Part shown: piece after piece, positions 9,862 through 18,843 of the stretch
Layout: each line of letters starts with the position of its first letter
Numbering within the stretch: the stretch's first letter is position 1
Virus record (IMG/VR): IMGVR_UViG_3300027747_002579
Span: 1-64,000 of that record
Direction: 5' to 3' (one strand)
Origin: a virus
DNA length: 64,000 bases
Program-made: the position numbers and the translations under genes
Notes under the pieces: generated by a model
The model's input: the letters and a program-made list of their open reading frames with translations, nothing else
Told to the model about the DNA's origin: nothing
Database searches by the model: none

Positions 9862-10830
9862 ATGGCAAAGATAGGAAAAATCTCTACGTTAAAGAAAGAG
9901 TATAACAATAGTCAATTGCAAACAATGCAAGGAGGACTTTCTCAAAAAGGTATGACAAGAGTTCCTGGAACAGGAGTGTTCAAGTATCCATATAGAGAAA
10001 TCGATGGTCAATATAGAACAGGATTGAATCCAAATGCTTCATATATTAAACGCATCAGCGATCCTCTTGAGAGAGAATTAGAAATTGAAAGAGTTACCAA
10101 CCTAAAAACAAAACTAGAAGATGCATTAGGAGGAGTGGACTTAGGTCCTCGTTCTACATTCTGGAACAGCGGTCTTAGTGCATCAGAATATGACACTACA
10201 CATGTTCAACCTGTAAAACTTCTAGATGGTGACAACTATTTTGATTTTTCAAACCCTATGTTAGAACTCGCTTTTTCTTGGCTGAGAGTACATCCTACAA
10301 TTGCCAGCTCCTATCAAGCTTGGGAAAGAGGTGAATTTCCTGCTGATACACAATTTTATGTTGTTGATGATGAATTAGAAAGTACAATATTGTTTAAGAA
10401 GAAACAAATTGTAAACAAAGCAATTAGTAAGTTTGATGCGATGGGTCCAGATAAGAAACAAAAAGTTGCAAGACTTTTAGGACTTCCCGTAACATCTGAC
10501 ACAAAAGAAGAAGTGGTTTACAATTTAGTAGATAATCTTCTTAAAGATGTAGAATTTAAAACAGGAAAATATCAAGGACTTTCAACAATAGAAGTTTTTA
10601 CAAGATTTGCTGACATGAAAGAAAATCTTTTACACGTTAGAGACTTAGTAAAACAAGCAGTTCAACATTCCATCTATAGATTGAAACCAAATGGTAAAGT
10701 TTATGAAGGTGAATTTGAGATAGCAAAAGACGAAGATGATTTGATTAAGTTTCTTGTAGATGATAATAATCAAGATGAGCTTCTTACGCTTGAACAGAAA
10801 TTAAAAATGAAAAAACTAGCATCAACATGA
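9862..10830 (+). CDS. Conserved crAss-like capsid-module protein
   Basis: 322 aa directly after MCP, typical of Crassvirales gene order. Confidence 0.6.
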   Translation: MAKIGKISTLKKEYNNSQLQTMQGGLSQKGMTRVPGTGVFKYPYREIDGQYRTGLNPNASYIKRISDPLERELEIERVTNLKTKLEDALGGVDLGPRSTFWNSGLSASEYDTTHVQPVKLLDGDNYFDFSNPMLELAFSWLRVHPTIASSYQAWERGEFPADTQFYVVDDELESTILFKKKQIVNKAISKFDAMGPDKKQKVARLLGLPVTSDTKEEVVYNLVDNLLKDVEFKTGKYQGLSTIEVFTRFADMKENLLHVRDLVKQAVQHSIYRLKPNGKVYEGEFEIAKDEDDLIKFLVDDNNQDELLTLEQKLKMKKLAST

Positions 10831-11558
10831 TACCAGTAGATAGTTTATTATACAAGATTGATCAGAAACTAAATAAACTATCAACAAATGACCATCAACA
10901 AATTCCATTAGAAGACAAAATCTTAGCTCTTAATGAAGCTCAGATTAAGTTGATAAAACAAAAAGTTGATGGTGATAGCACTGTAAGTGGGTTAGGACTT
11001 GATGCTTTTAAAAAGAGATACGAAGATTTACAGAAGCTTGTTGAGCCTTATGAGAAACATGCGTTAGACTTAGTTTTAGCTGATGAAAACATGAATAAGT
11101 GGACAACTTCTCTTTTAAATCTTACGCCTGCATACATGTTTTATATAGATTGTTATTTAACAGCAGACAAAGGAAGATGTAAAGATAGAATAATATACAT
11201 AAACAAAGATTTAACCAAACATGGTGATCTTTCTATGTTTCTAACAAACACTCATTACAAACCATCTTTCGAATATCAAGAAACATTCAATATCATTTCT
11301 TCAGATAGTATAGGAATATTTACAGACGGAACATTCATTCCAAAAAAACTTCATCTCTCATACATGCGTTATCCTCAATACATAGACAAAGAAGGCTATG
11401 TGAAATTGAATGGGACAGATTCTACAAATCAGGATTGTGAATTGAAAAACTATTTAGAAGATGAACTTGTTGATTTGACAGTTCAAAATTTAGCAATGTA
11501 CACAGAAAATCAAAGTGCTGTTCAAAATTCAGCATTTAGAATAAAAACAAACGAATAA
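10827..11558 (+). CDS. Putative tail/neck ring (head-tail adaptor) protein
   Basis: LNEAQIKLIK and YMRYP...CEL...LEDELVDLTV motifs; position. Confidence 0.6.
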   Translation: MIPVDSLLYKIDQKLNKLSTNDHQQIPLEDKILALNEAQIKLIKQKVDGDSTVSGLGLDAFKKRYEDLQKLVEPYEKHALDLVLADENMNKWTTSLLNLTPAYMFYIDCYLTADKGRCKDRIIYINKDLTKHGDLSMFLTNTHYKPSFEYQETFNIISSDSIGIFTDGTFIPKKLHLSYMRYPQYIDKEGYVKLNGTDSTNQDCELKNYLEDELVDLTVQNLAMYTENQSAVQNSAFRIKTNE

Positions 11559-11585
11559 TTATTTAAAACAATAAATTAAAATAAA

Positions 11586-12785
11586 ATGGCAGATTTTTCT
11601 CTAACTACGCTCTTCGTAGTTCCTACAGCCCAAACTTCATTACCTACCACAGGAAGCACTCAAGATTTGACTGCTGGTCAACTTGGTATTTTCACTGATG
11701 CTTATGTTCCAAGTGCAACAGCTGCAACACTTGCTGCTGCTCCTTACATTTATATTGCTCAAGGTAGAGGTAACACCTACTTGCAAGGTTCTAAAAGATC
11801 AGACAAGATTTCTGGTAAGAACAACGCAGGCACTGGAAGAAACGTCACTGAATGGTATAAAGTGAGTGGTATTGCTTATGCTACAACTCAAATCACTAAA
11901 GTGAGTGGATTTAATGTAAAATGTGGAGATGTTGTCACTTTAACATTACGTGCACACTCTTCTTACATTGACACCTTGTATTTCAACGGTTTCACTCGTT
12001 CTGTAACTGTACAAGCTCCTTGTTGCGATTGTGGTGCAAGCGGTTGTGACAATGTTGATGTTCCTGCATTAATTGATCAATTCATTGCAAAACTTACACA
12101 AAAAGCTCCTGGTATCAACCCTGATAACATTAGCTTTAGCACATTCTTCACATTTGCAAGAGTGGGAACTGGTTCTACAGCATATTTGCAAATCACTGGT
12201 AAAGCTCTTACTAAATATGGTGTTCCTTGTGACGTTGCTGCATTCCCTTATGAGTATGACAGAATGTACTTCAGAACATTTGTATATTCAGGTCCTGCAA
12301 CCACTGCTGACTTCATCGTAGCTGACAACTGTAATATCGTTGCCACTGCTACAGTGTTACAACGTGCTTCTTACCCTGCTGGAGGTTCTGACGAAATCAC
12401 TCAACTTGAGAAGAATTATTATTCTTACCAAGCTGGTTATTTAAAGCATCTCTACAGAATGGCTGGATACAATCAAAACTTTGAAAGTTATGTATCTGCT
12501 AACACCACTTATGACACTTATTACATCAGATTTACAGAATACGATAAGAGTGCTTATCAGTGGGGTGATTATATTCCTCAAGAAAGCATGGTGATTATAG
12601 CTGTATTGGCTGGAGGTTCTCTTGCTACAGCAATTGAAGCTGCTTTGGCTGGTGTAACTAGTACATGGGCTGGTCCTTTAGGATTGTACACTGACAACAG
12701 TGCTCCTGCTCCATCAACTACTACTTCTACCACTACCACTGGTACTTCTACCACCACCACTACCACAACCACTTTGATTCCTTAA
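11586..12785 (+). CDS. Auxiliary capsid/decoration protein with C-terminal Thr-rich tail
   Basis: Codon bias like MCP, beta-rich, followed by hairpin; ends PSTTTSTTTTTGTSTTTTTTTTLIP. Confidence 0.7.
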   Translation: MADFSLTTLFVVPTAQTSLPTTGSTQDLTAGQLGIFTDAYVPSATAATLAAAPYIYIAQGRGNTYLQGSKRSDKISGKNNAGTGRNVTEWYKVSGIAYATTQITKVSGFNVKCGDVVTLTLRAHSSYIDTLYFNGFTRSVTVQAPCCDCGASGCDNVDVPALIDQFIAKLTQKAPGINPDNISFSTFFTFARVGTGSTAYLQITGKALTKYGVPCDVAAFPYEYDRMYFRTFVYSGPATTADFIVADNCNIVATATVLQRASYPAGGSDEITQLEKNYYSYQAGYLKHLYRMAGYNQNFESYVSANTTYDTYYIRFTEYDKSAYQWGDYIPQESMVIIAVLAGGSLATAIEAALAGVTSTWAGPLGLYTDNSAPAPSTTTSTTTTGTSTTTTTTTTLIP

Positions 12786-12809
12786 TCAATAAATAACAAA
12801 TCATAACCC

Positions 12810-12850
12810 TATGCCAGAGGTGAGAGAGGATTTCTCAATCCTCTGGCATA
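12810..12850 (+). terminator. Long hairpin after auxiliary capsid gene
   Basis: TATGCCAGAGG/CCTCTGGCATA 11-bp stem plus inner TGAGAG/TTCTCA; weak U-tract. Confidence 0.6.
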
Positions 12851-12866
12851 ATTATTTATAGAGATT

Positions 12867-13418
12867 ATGCCAACATTGCATTTAGATATATTAGTTATTG
12901 ACACTCACGATAGTAGAACATTAGGGATAGCAGACATATCAACTTATGCTACAACACCTTCTGCTCCTACAATAACTATCACTGTACCAGGATTTAACCC
13001 TTTACCAATTCCTTTTGTACCAAATAGTTTTAATGTATTCAATTCTGCAACGTTAGGACTTTCTTCTGCAGGGGTATACAATCCTATTCCTGATGGCATT
13101 TATTATTTAAAATATTCAATTGCTCCTGCAAATGTAAATTTTGTAGATAAAACATTCATGAGAGTGGAAAATCTTCAACAGAAGTTTGATGAAGCTTTTA
13201 TGAAATTGGATATGATGGAGTGTGATTATGCAATTAAGAAACAACAGAAGGTGGAATTGAATAGTATTTACTATTTCATACAAGGATCAATTGCTGCAGC
13301 AAATAATTGTGCTGTAGAAACATCAAATAAACTTTACAATCAAGCAAGTAAAATGCTTGATCATTTTATAACCAATGGTTGCAACTGTTCAGGAAACAAC
13401 TATTTTAATAATTACTAG
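12867..13418 (+). CDS. Virion structural protein (putative tail hub/fibre attachment)
   Basis: PDGIYYLKYS motif; position after auxiliary capsid gene. Confidence 0.55.
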   Translation: MPTLHLDILVIDTHDSRTLGIADISTYATTPSAPTITITVPGFNPLPIPFVPNSFNVFNSATLGLSSAGVYNPIPDGIYYLKYSIAPANVNFVDKTFMRVENLQQKFDEAFMKLDMMECDYAIKKQQKVELNSIYYFIQGSIAAANNCAVETSNKLYNQASKMLDHFITNGCNCSGNNYFNNY

Positions 13419-13419
13419 A

Positions 13420-13515
13420 ATGGCAAACTGTAATCAATGCGGAGCAAATGTAGGATGTGGATGTAATCTAACAAATGGTTTATGTGCATATTGTGCAGGA
13501 ACTCTAAAAAAATAA
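13420..13515 (+). CDS. 31-aa Cys-rich microprotein (not in ORF track)
   Basis: MANCNQCGANVGCGCNLTNGLCAYCAGTLKK*; fills the gap exactly. Confidence 0.7.
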   Translation: MANCNQCGANVGCGCNLTNGLCAYCAGTLKK

Positions 13516-13519
13516 AACT

Positions 13520-13786
13520 ATGCTTTCTCCAAGACTTACTAATTGTGTAGATTGTACAACAGTGTCAGCATTACTTGCAGATATTGATTGCAAACTCACA
13601 ACATTAGCTAACAATCAATATAACAATATTGTATTTATATTAAACAAACCTTTCCCAGACACAGTGTTGGGAGATTTGTTAAACTATAAAAGAATATTGA
13701 CAAACAGGTTGTGCAATCCTGATTATGCTTGCACTTATTCTACAGAACAAATAGCAAGTAGAGTCAAATTATTAATTCATAAATAA
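13520..13786 (+). CDS. Small virion structural protein (putative tail hub partner)
   Basis: Cys-containing 88-aa ORF in structural operon. Confidence 0.55.
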   Translation: MLSPRLTNCVDCTTVSALLADIDCKLTTLANNQYNNIVFILNKPFPDTVLGDLLNYKRILTNRLCNPDYACTYSTEQIASRVKLLIHK

Positions 13787-13796
13787 AATTTACAAT

Positions 13797-14933
13797 ATGT
13801 CTTGTACAAATTGTTTCAACGGATGTCCAGAAACAGGTTCAGATAAATGTATTCAGTATACAGGAATAGGAAGTGAAGTGTTAGGTATTTCTACAGGAGA
13901 TACATTATTAAGTGTAGAGAATGTATTAATCAACAGAGTGGTATCATTTCTTGACGGATCAGGGATTAGAATCACTACTCTTCAAGATTATCTTTGTGCA
14001 TTAATAACACCTTATTTAGACAATACACAAGATCCTACACTTCCAGAAGTGTTGGTGGCATTTGAGCGAGCTCTTTGTGATTTACAAACACAAACAACAG
14101 CTGTAACAAACACGGTGATAGGTCTTAATACTGGATATACAACAACTTGTTTGTCTGGCGTAAGCTCATCATCCACTATTAAACAGGTGGTGCAGGCAAT
14201 AATAGTGAAACTTTGCTCTGTTTCTACAGATCTAACAGCTCTCACAACAAACGTAAACACAAACTACGTAAAACTAGCAGATTTAAACTCTCTAATAGCA
14301 GCCTATCTACAGAGCATTGCTCCATCAGCACAATACTACACTAAGATGGTGCCTTACACTGTTGTTGAGTATTATGGTTCTCTTGCAGGAAACTTTGATG
14401 TAACAGGAAAAGGAATTGCAGCTACAGGATGGGACAAAGTGTATTTGTGTAATGGTTTAAATGGCACTCCTGATAAAAGAGGAAGAGCCACTGTTGGTGC
14501 TATTATAAGTGTAGGTGGAGGAGCTCTTGATTCAGAAGTTAATCCTGCTTCTTCAGCTTTCAATCCCAATTATGCATTGAATACAAAAGCAGGAACAAAC
14601 AGCGTTACGCTTTCTGAAAGCACAATGCCTTCTCACAATCATGCGACAACTGCTACAGATAGTGGACATTTCCATTACACTTCTTCAGAATCTGTAAATT
14701 CAGGAGCAGGAGCAGTTAGTGTAAATTCAACGCATCCAATAGGTATAACTAAGAATGACGGCAATCAAACAAGAAATTATGATTTGGTGATTGGCAATGT
14801 GCCTGCAATATATGGAATAACAAGCACTAACAGTGCAAATATAGTTGTAACAAATCCTCCAAAGGGTGGCGGTCTACCTCACGCAAATATTCAACCTGTA
14901 ATATCAGCATATTACATAATGTACATACCTTGA
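13797..14933 (+). CDS. Tail fibre-like protein with tail-collar domain
   Basis: WDKVYLCNGLNGTPDKRGR, MPSHNH, HFH and HANIQPVISAYYIM motifs of collar/short fibre proteins. Confidence 0.75.
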   Translation: MSCTNCFNGCPETGSDKCIQYTGIGSEVLGISTGDTLLSVENVLINRVVSFLDGSGIRITTLQDYLCALITPYLDNTQDPTLPEVLVAFERALCDLQTQTTAVTNTVIGLNTGYTTTCLSGVSSSSTIKQVVQAIIVKLCSVSTDLTALTTNVNTNYVKLADLNSLIAAYLQSIAPSAQYYTKMVPYTVVEYYGSLAGNFDVTGKGIAATGWDKVYLCNGLNGTPDKRGRATVGAIISVGGGALDSEVNPASSAFNPNYALNTKAGTNSVTLSESTMPSHNHATTATDSGHFHYTSSESVNSGAGAVSVNSTHPIGITKNDGNQTRNYDLVIGNVPAIYGITSTNSANIVVTNPPKGGGLPHANIQPVISAYYIMYIP

Positions 14934-14958
14934 TTTTAAATAAATAAAATTTACCACC

Positions 14959-15276
14959 ATGTCATGTGTTCCAGGAATGCCTTGCTACACTCAAACTGTA
15001 GTTTATTCTAATGAATGTGATGCTTGTAAACCTCTTACAACATCTGACGATGTGTATTACTCAGCATCGAATCTTCCTAACACAGGAATAAACTTCAAAG
15101 ACTCTCTAACATTGGCTCTACAGAAGATAGATGCAGAATTTGATCCAATTACATTAGCCTCAACAATACTTGCAACAATTGCTACAAACTATCAAACAAA
15201 AGCATTGTTCTGTAACCTTGTAACAAGTTGTGCCACTTTCTCCACCACTACATCTACAACCACCACACATTTATAA
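14959..15276 (+). CDS. Small structural protein with Thr-rich C-terminus
   Basis: N-terminal module shared with 13797 and 57342; ends STTTSTTTTHL. Confidence 0.65.
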   Translation: MSCVPGMPCYTQTVVYSNECDACKPLTTSDDVYYSASNLPNTGINFKDSLTLALQKIDAEFDPITLASTILATIATNYQTKALFCNLVTSCATFSTTTSTTTTHL

Positions 15277-15287
15277 AACATTAAACT

Positions 15288-15776
15288 ATGACAGTAGTAA
15301 TAACATTAACTACAGCAGGAACAAATACAGGACCTTTTAATCTATATTCTAATGTTGATGGATTCACATCAGCATTTGCAACAGGAATATCAAAATCAGC
15401 TCTCCTTGCTGGATATACATCAACAGCGGTTCCTAACGGAGCAACAGTTGTAAGAGCTCTTTCTACAGGAACAGATTGTAATGGTTCATATGTAGATATG
15501 AATATTAGTGGACTTCCTACATATTACACATATTTAATAAGCGGCACCACTCAAATGAACAATTCTGATGCATGTACAAACTTAACCACTCCTAATACAG
15601 TGTATTCAAAAGAAGCCAATTCAGATATTGTAATAAATTTTTACACAAACAGTCTTTGTACAATTCTTTTCTCAGGAGATGGAAATTATTACAAATATCG
15701 TCTTCAGAGCTCTTCTTCATTCTATTCTGCACAAATAAATGGAACATCTCCTCTTACTAATATATCACCTTGTTAA
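15288..15776 (+). CDS. Beta-rich virion accessory/decoration protein
   Basis: MTVVITLTTAGTNTGPFNLYS domain, paralogous to 26594 N-terminus. Confidence 0.6.
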   Translation: MTVVITLTTAGTNTGPFNLYSNVDGFTSAFATGISKSALLAGYTSTAVPNGATVVRALSTGTDCNGSYVDMNISGLPTYYTYLISGTTQMNNSDACTNLTTPNTVYSKEANSDIVINFYTNSLCTILFSGDGNYYKYRLQSSSSFYSAQINGTSPLTNISPC

Positions 15777-15811
15777 AAACACGGTTTGTTTGTTGGTTTA
15801 CAGACCTGTGT

Positions 15812-15840
15812 ACCCTGCCTTTTCTAAGGCGGGGTTTTTA
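15812..15840 (+). terminator. Rho-independent terminator
   Basis: ACCCTGCCTT-TTCT-AAGGCGGGGT then TTTT; a second hairpin at about 15779-15811 precedes it. Confidence 0.8.
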
Positions 15841-15882
15841 ATTAATAGAGTTAACCTATATAATCTAATTGGTTAAATTAAT

Positions 15883-15913
15883 TTTGTTTTTTTAAAAATA
15901 CCGTCTATCTTTG
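15883..15913 (+). promoter_or_regulatory. Host sigmaA promoter TTTG-N19-TATCTTTG
   Basis: Full Bacteroidota -33/-7 consensus between terminator and ATG 15938. Confidence 0.75.
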
Positions 15914-15937
15914 TTGTAAATTTGATAAATTTTTTGT

Positions 15938-17176
15938 ATGGCTGAAAACCAAAACGTTCTGTCACAGTTAGAACAACTATTAAGCTGGAAAAAGAGTAAG
16001 AAGTTTTATGCTGAAAAGCTAGGAATTACAGAACAAGAAGTGTCAGACTTATTGAAAGAAATAAGAGGAAAAGAAATCTCTTCTGCACCAGACACTTATG
16101 AAGAATTTGTAGAAGCTCTTGAAGAGCATTATACAAAGGTGAACAATGATAAAGGTACAATAGAGAGTACATTACAAATAGACTTTGAGCCAAAGAGTGA
16201 TTTAGAGCTTGCTAAACTACATAAAATAAACTTAGACAAATACAAGATTTCTAACTATTGGACTAAACAGAAATCAAATGGTAAGTTTACATCTTCTGTA
16301 TTTGCCACTCTGAAGAAACCAAAGGATTATTCTCCAGAAGATTTTTCTAAGTTTTTAGAAACATACAAACCTGCTGACATCATTGTAAGAAGTGTTGAAA
16401 ATGATCCTCTAGAGAAAGAAACAGTGGATGTAGAAGTTTCAATATGTGATTTTCACTTAGCTAAAAGAACATTAGAAGGTGACACAATAGAACAAAAGAA
16501 AGCACAATACTTAGGAGTGGTTAGAGACTTGGTGGAAAAAACAAGAAACTCTTTTGCAATAAACAAGATTGTTTTTCCAATATCAAATGATTTCTTTCAT
16601 ACAGACAACTATCAAAATCAAACAACTAATGGAACTCCTCAAGATGTTCTAGTAGAATATGATAATGAATACGAACAAGGGTTCGATTTATTAGTTACAA
16701 CAATCAATTACCTACAAGCTATTTCTAATAGTGTAGAAGTGATTCTTGTACAAGGTAATCACGACAGAACCAAATCATTCTATTTAGCACACGCATTAGA
16801 TGTGTTCTTTAAGAACAACGATAAGGTTGATTTTCAAAGATGGCATTCTACAACTAAACATGTTGTATTAGGAAACACATTCATAGGATATCATCATGGT
16901 AATTGTAAGATAGATGACCTTCCTCTTTTATTTGCCACAAACAATGATTCTTGTACAGATTTTGGAAATGCTGTTTACAGGGAGCTCCATACTGCTGATA
17001 AGCATCATTACATGGCAAAAGAAATAAAGGGAGTGAGAATACAACAGATGCCTTCATTATCAGGAACAGATAGATGGCATTCTGATAACAACTTTGTAAA
17101 TCAAATTCGTGCAGGGATTGTACTTATTTATCATCCAATCTATGGAAAGATTGGAGAATACGAAAGTCGAATATAA
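15938..17176 (+). CDS. Calcineurin-like metallophosphoesterase with N-terminal HTH-like segment
   Basis: Motifs DFH, NDFFH, GNHD, HHG, DKHH; N-term AEKLGITEQEV. Confidence 0.8.
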   Translation: MAENQNVLSQLEQLLSWKKSKKFYAEKLGITEQEVSDLLKEIRGKEISSAPDTYEEFVEALEEHYTKVNNDKGTIESTLQIDFEPKSDLELAKLHKINLDKYKISNYWTKQKSNGKFTSSVFATLKKPKDYSPEDFSKFLETYKPADIIVRSVENDPLEKETVDVEVSICDFHLAKRTLEGDTIEQKKAQYLGVVRDLVEKTRNSFAINKIVFPISNDFFHTDNYQNQTTNGTPQDVLVEYDNEYEQGFDLLVTTINYLQAISNSVEVILVQGNHDRTKSFYLAHALDVFFKNNDKVDFQRWHSTTKHVVLGNTFIGYHHGNCKIDDLPLLFATNNDSCTDFGNAVYRELHTADKHHYMAKEIKGVRIQQMPSLSGTDRWHSDNNFVNQIRAGIVLIYHPIYGKIGEYESRI

Positions 17177-17181
17177 ACAAT

Positions 17182-17907
17182 ATGTCAACATTACGAAAAC
17201 TAGTCTCAGACGTACGAGGTTCACATAAACTTCTTTCTACAGATGCTCTAATAACAGATAGAGTGATAGCATCTGAGATTAAGAACAATACCATTATGCT
17301 CGTAAAACGAGAAACAAATCTTCGTAAGCTATGGGCAACAGATACATTGTTTACAACAATCCCATGTCTAGAGATGACAGAAGTGAGCATTTCTGAATGC
17401 TGCGGATATGTTGATGATTGTACAATTGCAAGATCTGTAAACAAACTTCCTCGCATCTCTGAGGGCAATTATCAATATACAATACAGGGTGTTTATTCAA
17501 TAAACGCAATGGGTGGAAATGGTAAAAAGCTAAAAGAAATCACTGTCAATAGATATCTCAACTTACTAAAGCTTCCAATAATAAAGAACGAAGAGTATTA
17601 TTGGATAATGAATGGATATTTATACGTTACAAACCCTCTTCTAAAAGCAATAAGACTCTCTGCTTTCTTTGAGGAAGATGTTCCAAATGAAATAATGTTC
17701 TCTGAATGTTGTTGTGGAAATGATTTTAGCATAGATGACTATTGTAAAAATCCTCTAGATAAAGAGTTTCATGCTCCAGGATATTTAGAAACACAGATAT
17801 TAAAAATGACTTCTGATAAATTACTGTCCACTTATTTTAGACTTAAAACAGACATGACACAGGATGCAATAGATGGTCAAGCACCAAACACACCCAATAC
17901 AAAATAA
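17182..17907 (+). CDS. Tail ring/tubular protein
   Basis: Position in crAss tail module; YYWIMNGYLYV motif. Confidence 0.65.
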   Translation: MSTLRKLVSDVRGSHKLLSTDALITDRVIASEIKNNTIMLVKRETNLRKLWATDTLFTTIPCLEMTEVSISECCGYVDDCTIARSVNKLPRISEGNYQYTIQGVYSINAMGGNGKKLKEITVNRYLNLLKLPIIKNEEYYWIMNGYLYVTNPLLKAIRLSAFFEEDVPNEIMFSECCCGNDFSIDDYCKNPLDKEFHAPGYLETQILKMTSDKLLSTYFRLKTDMTQDAIDGQAPNTPNTK

Positions 17908-17918
17908 CATTAACATAG

Positions 17919-18398
17919 ATGAGTAGAGTGAAGATTGAATGGAGGAGTTGTAGTAAAGAGAATTACAAAGATTATTGTGCAAAACATTCTAATACAAAAT
18001 TAACGTTTGAAGAATGGAAAAGCATCATATATAAATTTAATGAAGATTTTAGAAACTATCTTCTAGAGACAGGAAAGAAAGAAAAGCTTCCTCATGGATT
18101 TGGTGATTTTGCAATAAACAAAAAGAAGAGAAAGAAGATTGTAACATACGAAGGCAAAGATTACATCAATCTTCCTATAGATTGGATAAAAACTAGAGAA
18201 AAAGGAAAGATAATATATAATTTCAACCACCATACAGAAGGATATTTCTTTGGATGGATATGGTTCAAACGCACATCAAGAATCAAAGGTCCTGAGTTTT
18301 GGTTCTTCAAGCCTACAAGAGTGACATCAAGAATGTTAGCTCACTATTTAAAAACCAACGACAAATATCAGCATCTATATCAATCATGGATAGTGTAA
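17919..18398 (+). CDS. IHF-like protein of the crAss tail module
   Basis: KLPHGFGDFAINK, basic; characteristic position. Confidence 0.65.
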   Translation: MSRVKIEWRSCSKENYKDYCAKHSNTKLTFEEWKSIIYKFNEDFRNYLLETGKKEKLPHGFGDFAINKKKRKKIVTYEGKDYINLPIDWIKTREKGKIIYNFNHHTEGYFFGWIWFKRTSRIKGPEFWFFKPTRVTSRMLAHYLKTNDKYQHLYQSWIV

Positions 18399-18408
18399 AA
18401 AAATCGAT

Positions 18409-18843
18409 ATGTCTAAAAAAGTAACAGAACGAAGAAGTTCTCCAGAATATAAAGTCTGGAACAATTTTAAAACTAGATGTTATAATTCAAACACTTTAAA
18501 TTATAATAGATATGGTGGTAGAGGAATAACTGTTTGTGACAAATGGTTAACGTTTGAAGGATTTTTAGAAGATATGGGAAAAAGACCCTCTAGAAATCAT
18601 TCTTTAGATAGAATAAACAATGATGGAAATTATTGTAAAGATAATTGTAGATGGACAACTCGTAAAGAACAAACCAGAAATAGAAGCACTAACGTTTATA
18701 TTTTTTACAATGGTCGCAATATGATTTTAAAGGATCTTGCAAAAGAAGTGGGATTAGATTATCAAGTTATAAAAAGAAGATTAGATAAAGGTGTAGATAT
18801 AAATATTGCAGTCAGAAAAGATTTAAAATATGTTAGACTATGA
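18409..18843 (+). CDS. HNH homing endonuclease (free-standing)
   Basis: YGGRGITVCDKW...SLDRINNDGNYCKDNCRW...QTRN, C-terminal HTH. Confidence 0.9.
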   Translation: MSKKVTERRSSPEYKVWNNFKTRCYNSNTLNYNRYGGRGITVCDKWLTFEGFLEDMGKRPSRNHSLDRINNDGNYCKDNCRWTTRKEQTRNRSTNVYIFYNGRNMILKDLAKEVGLDYQVIKRRLDKGVDINIAVRKDLKYVRL

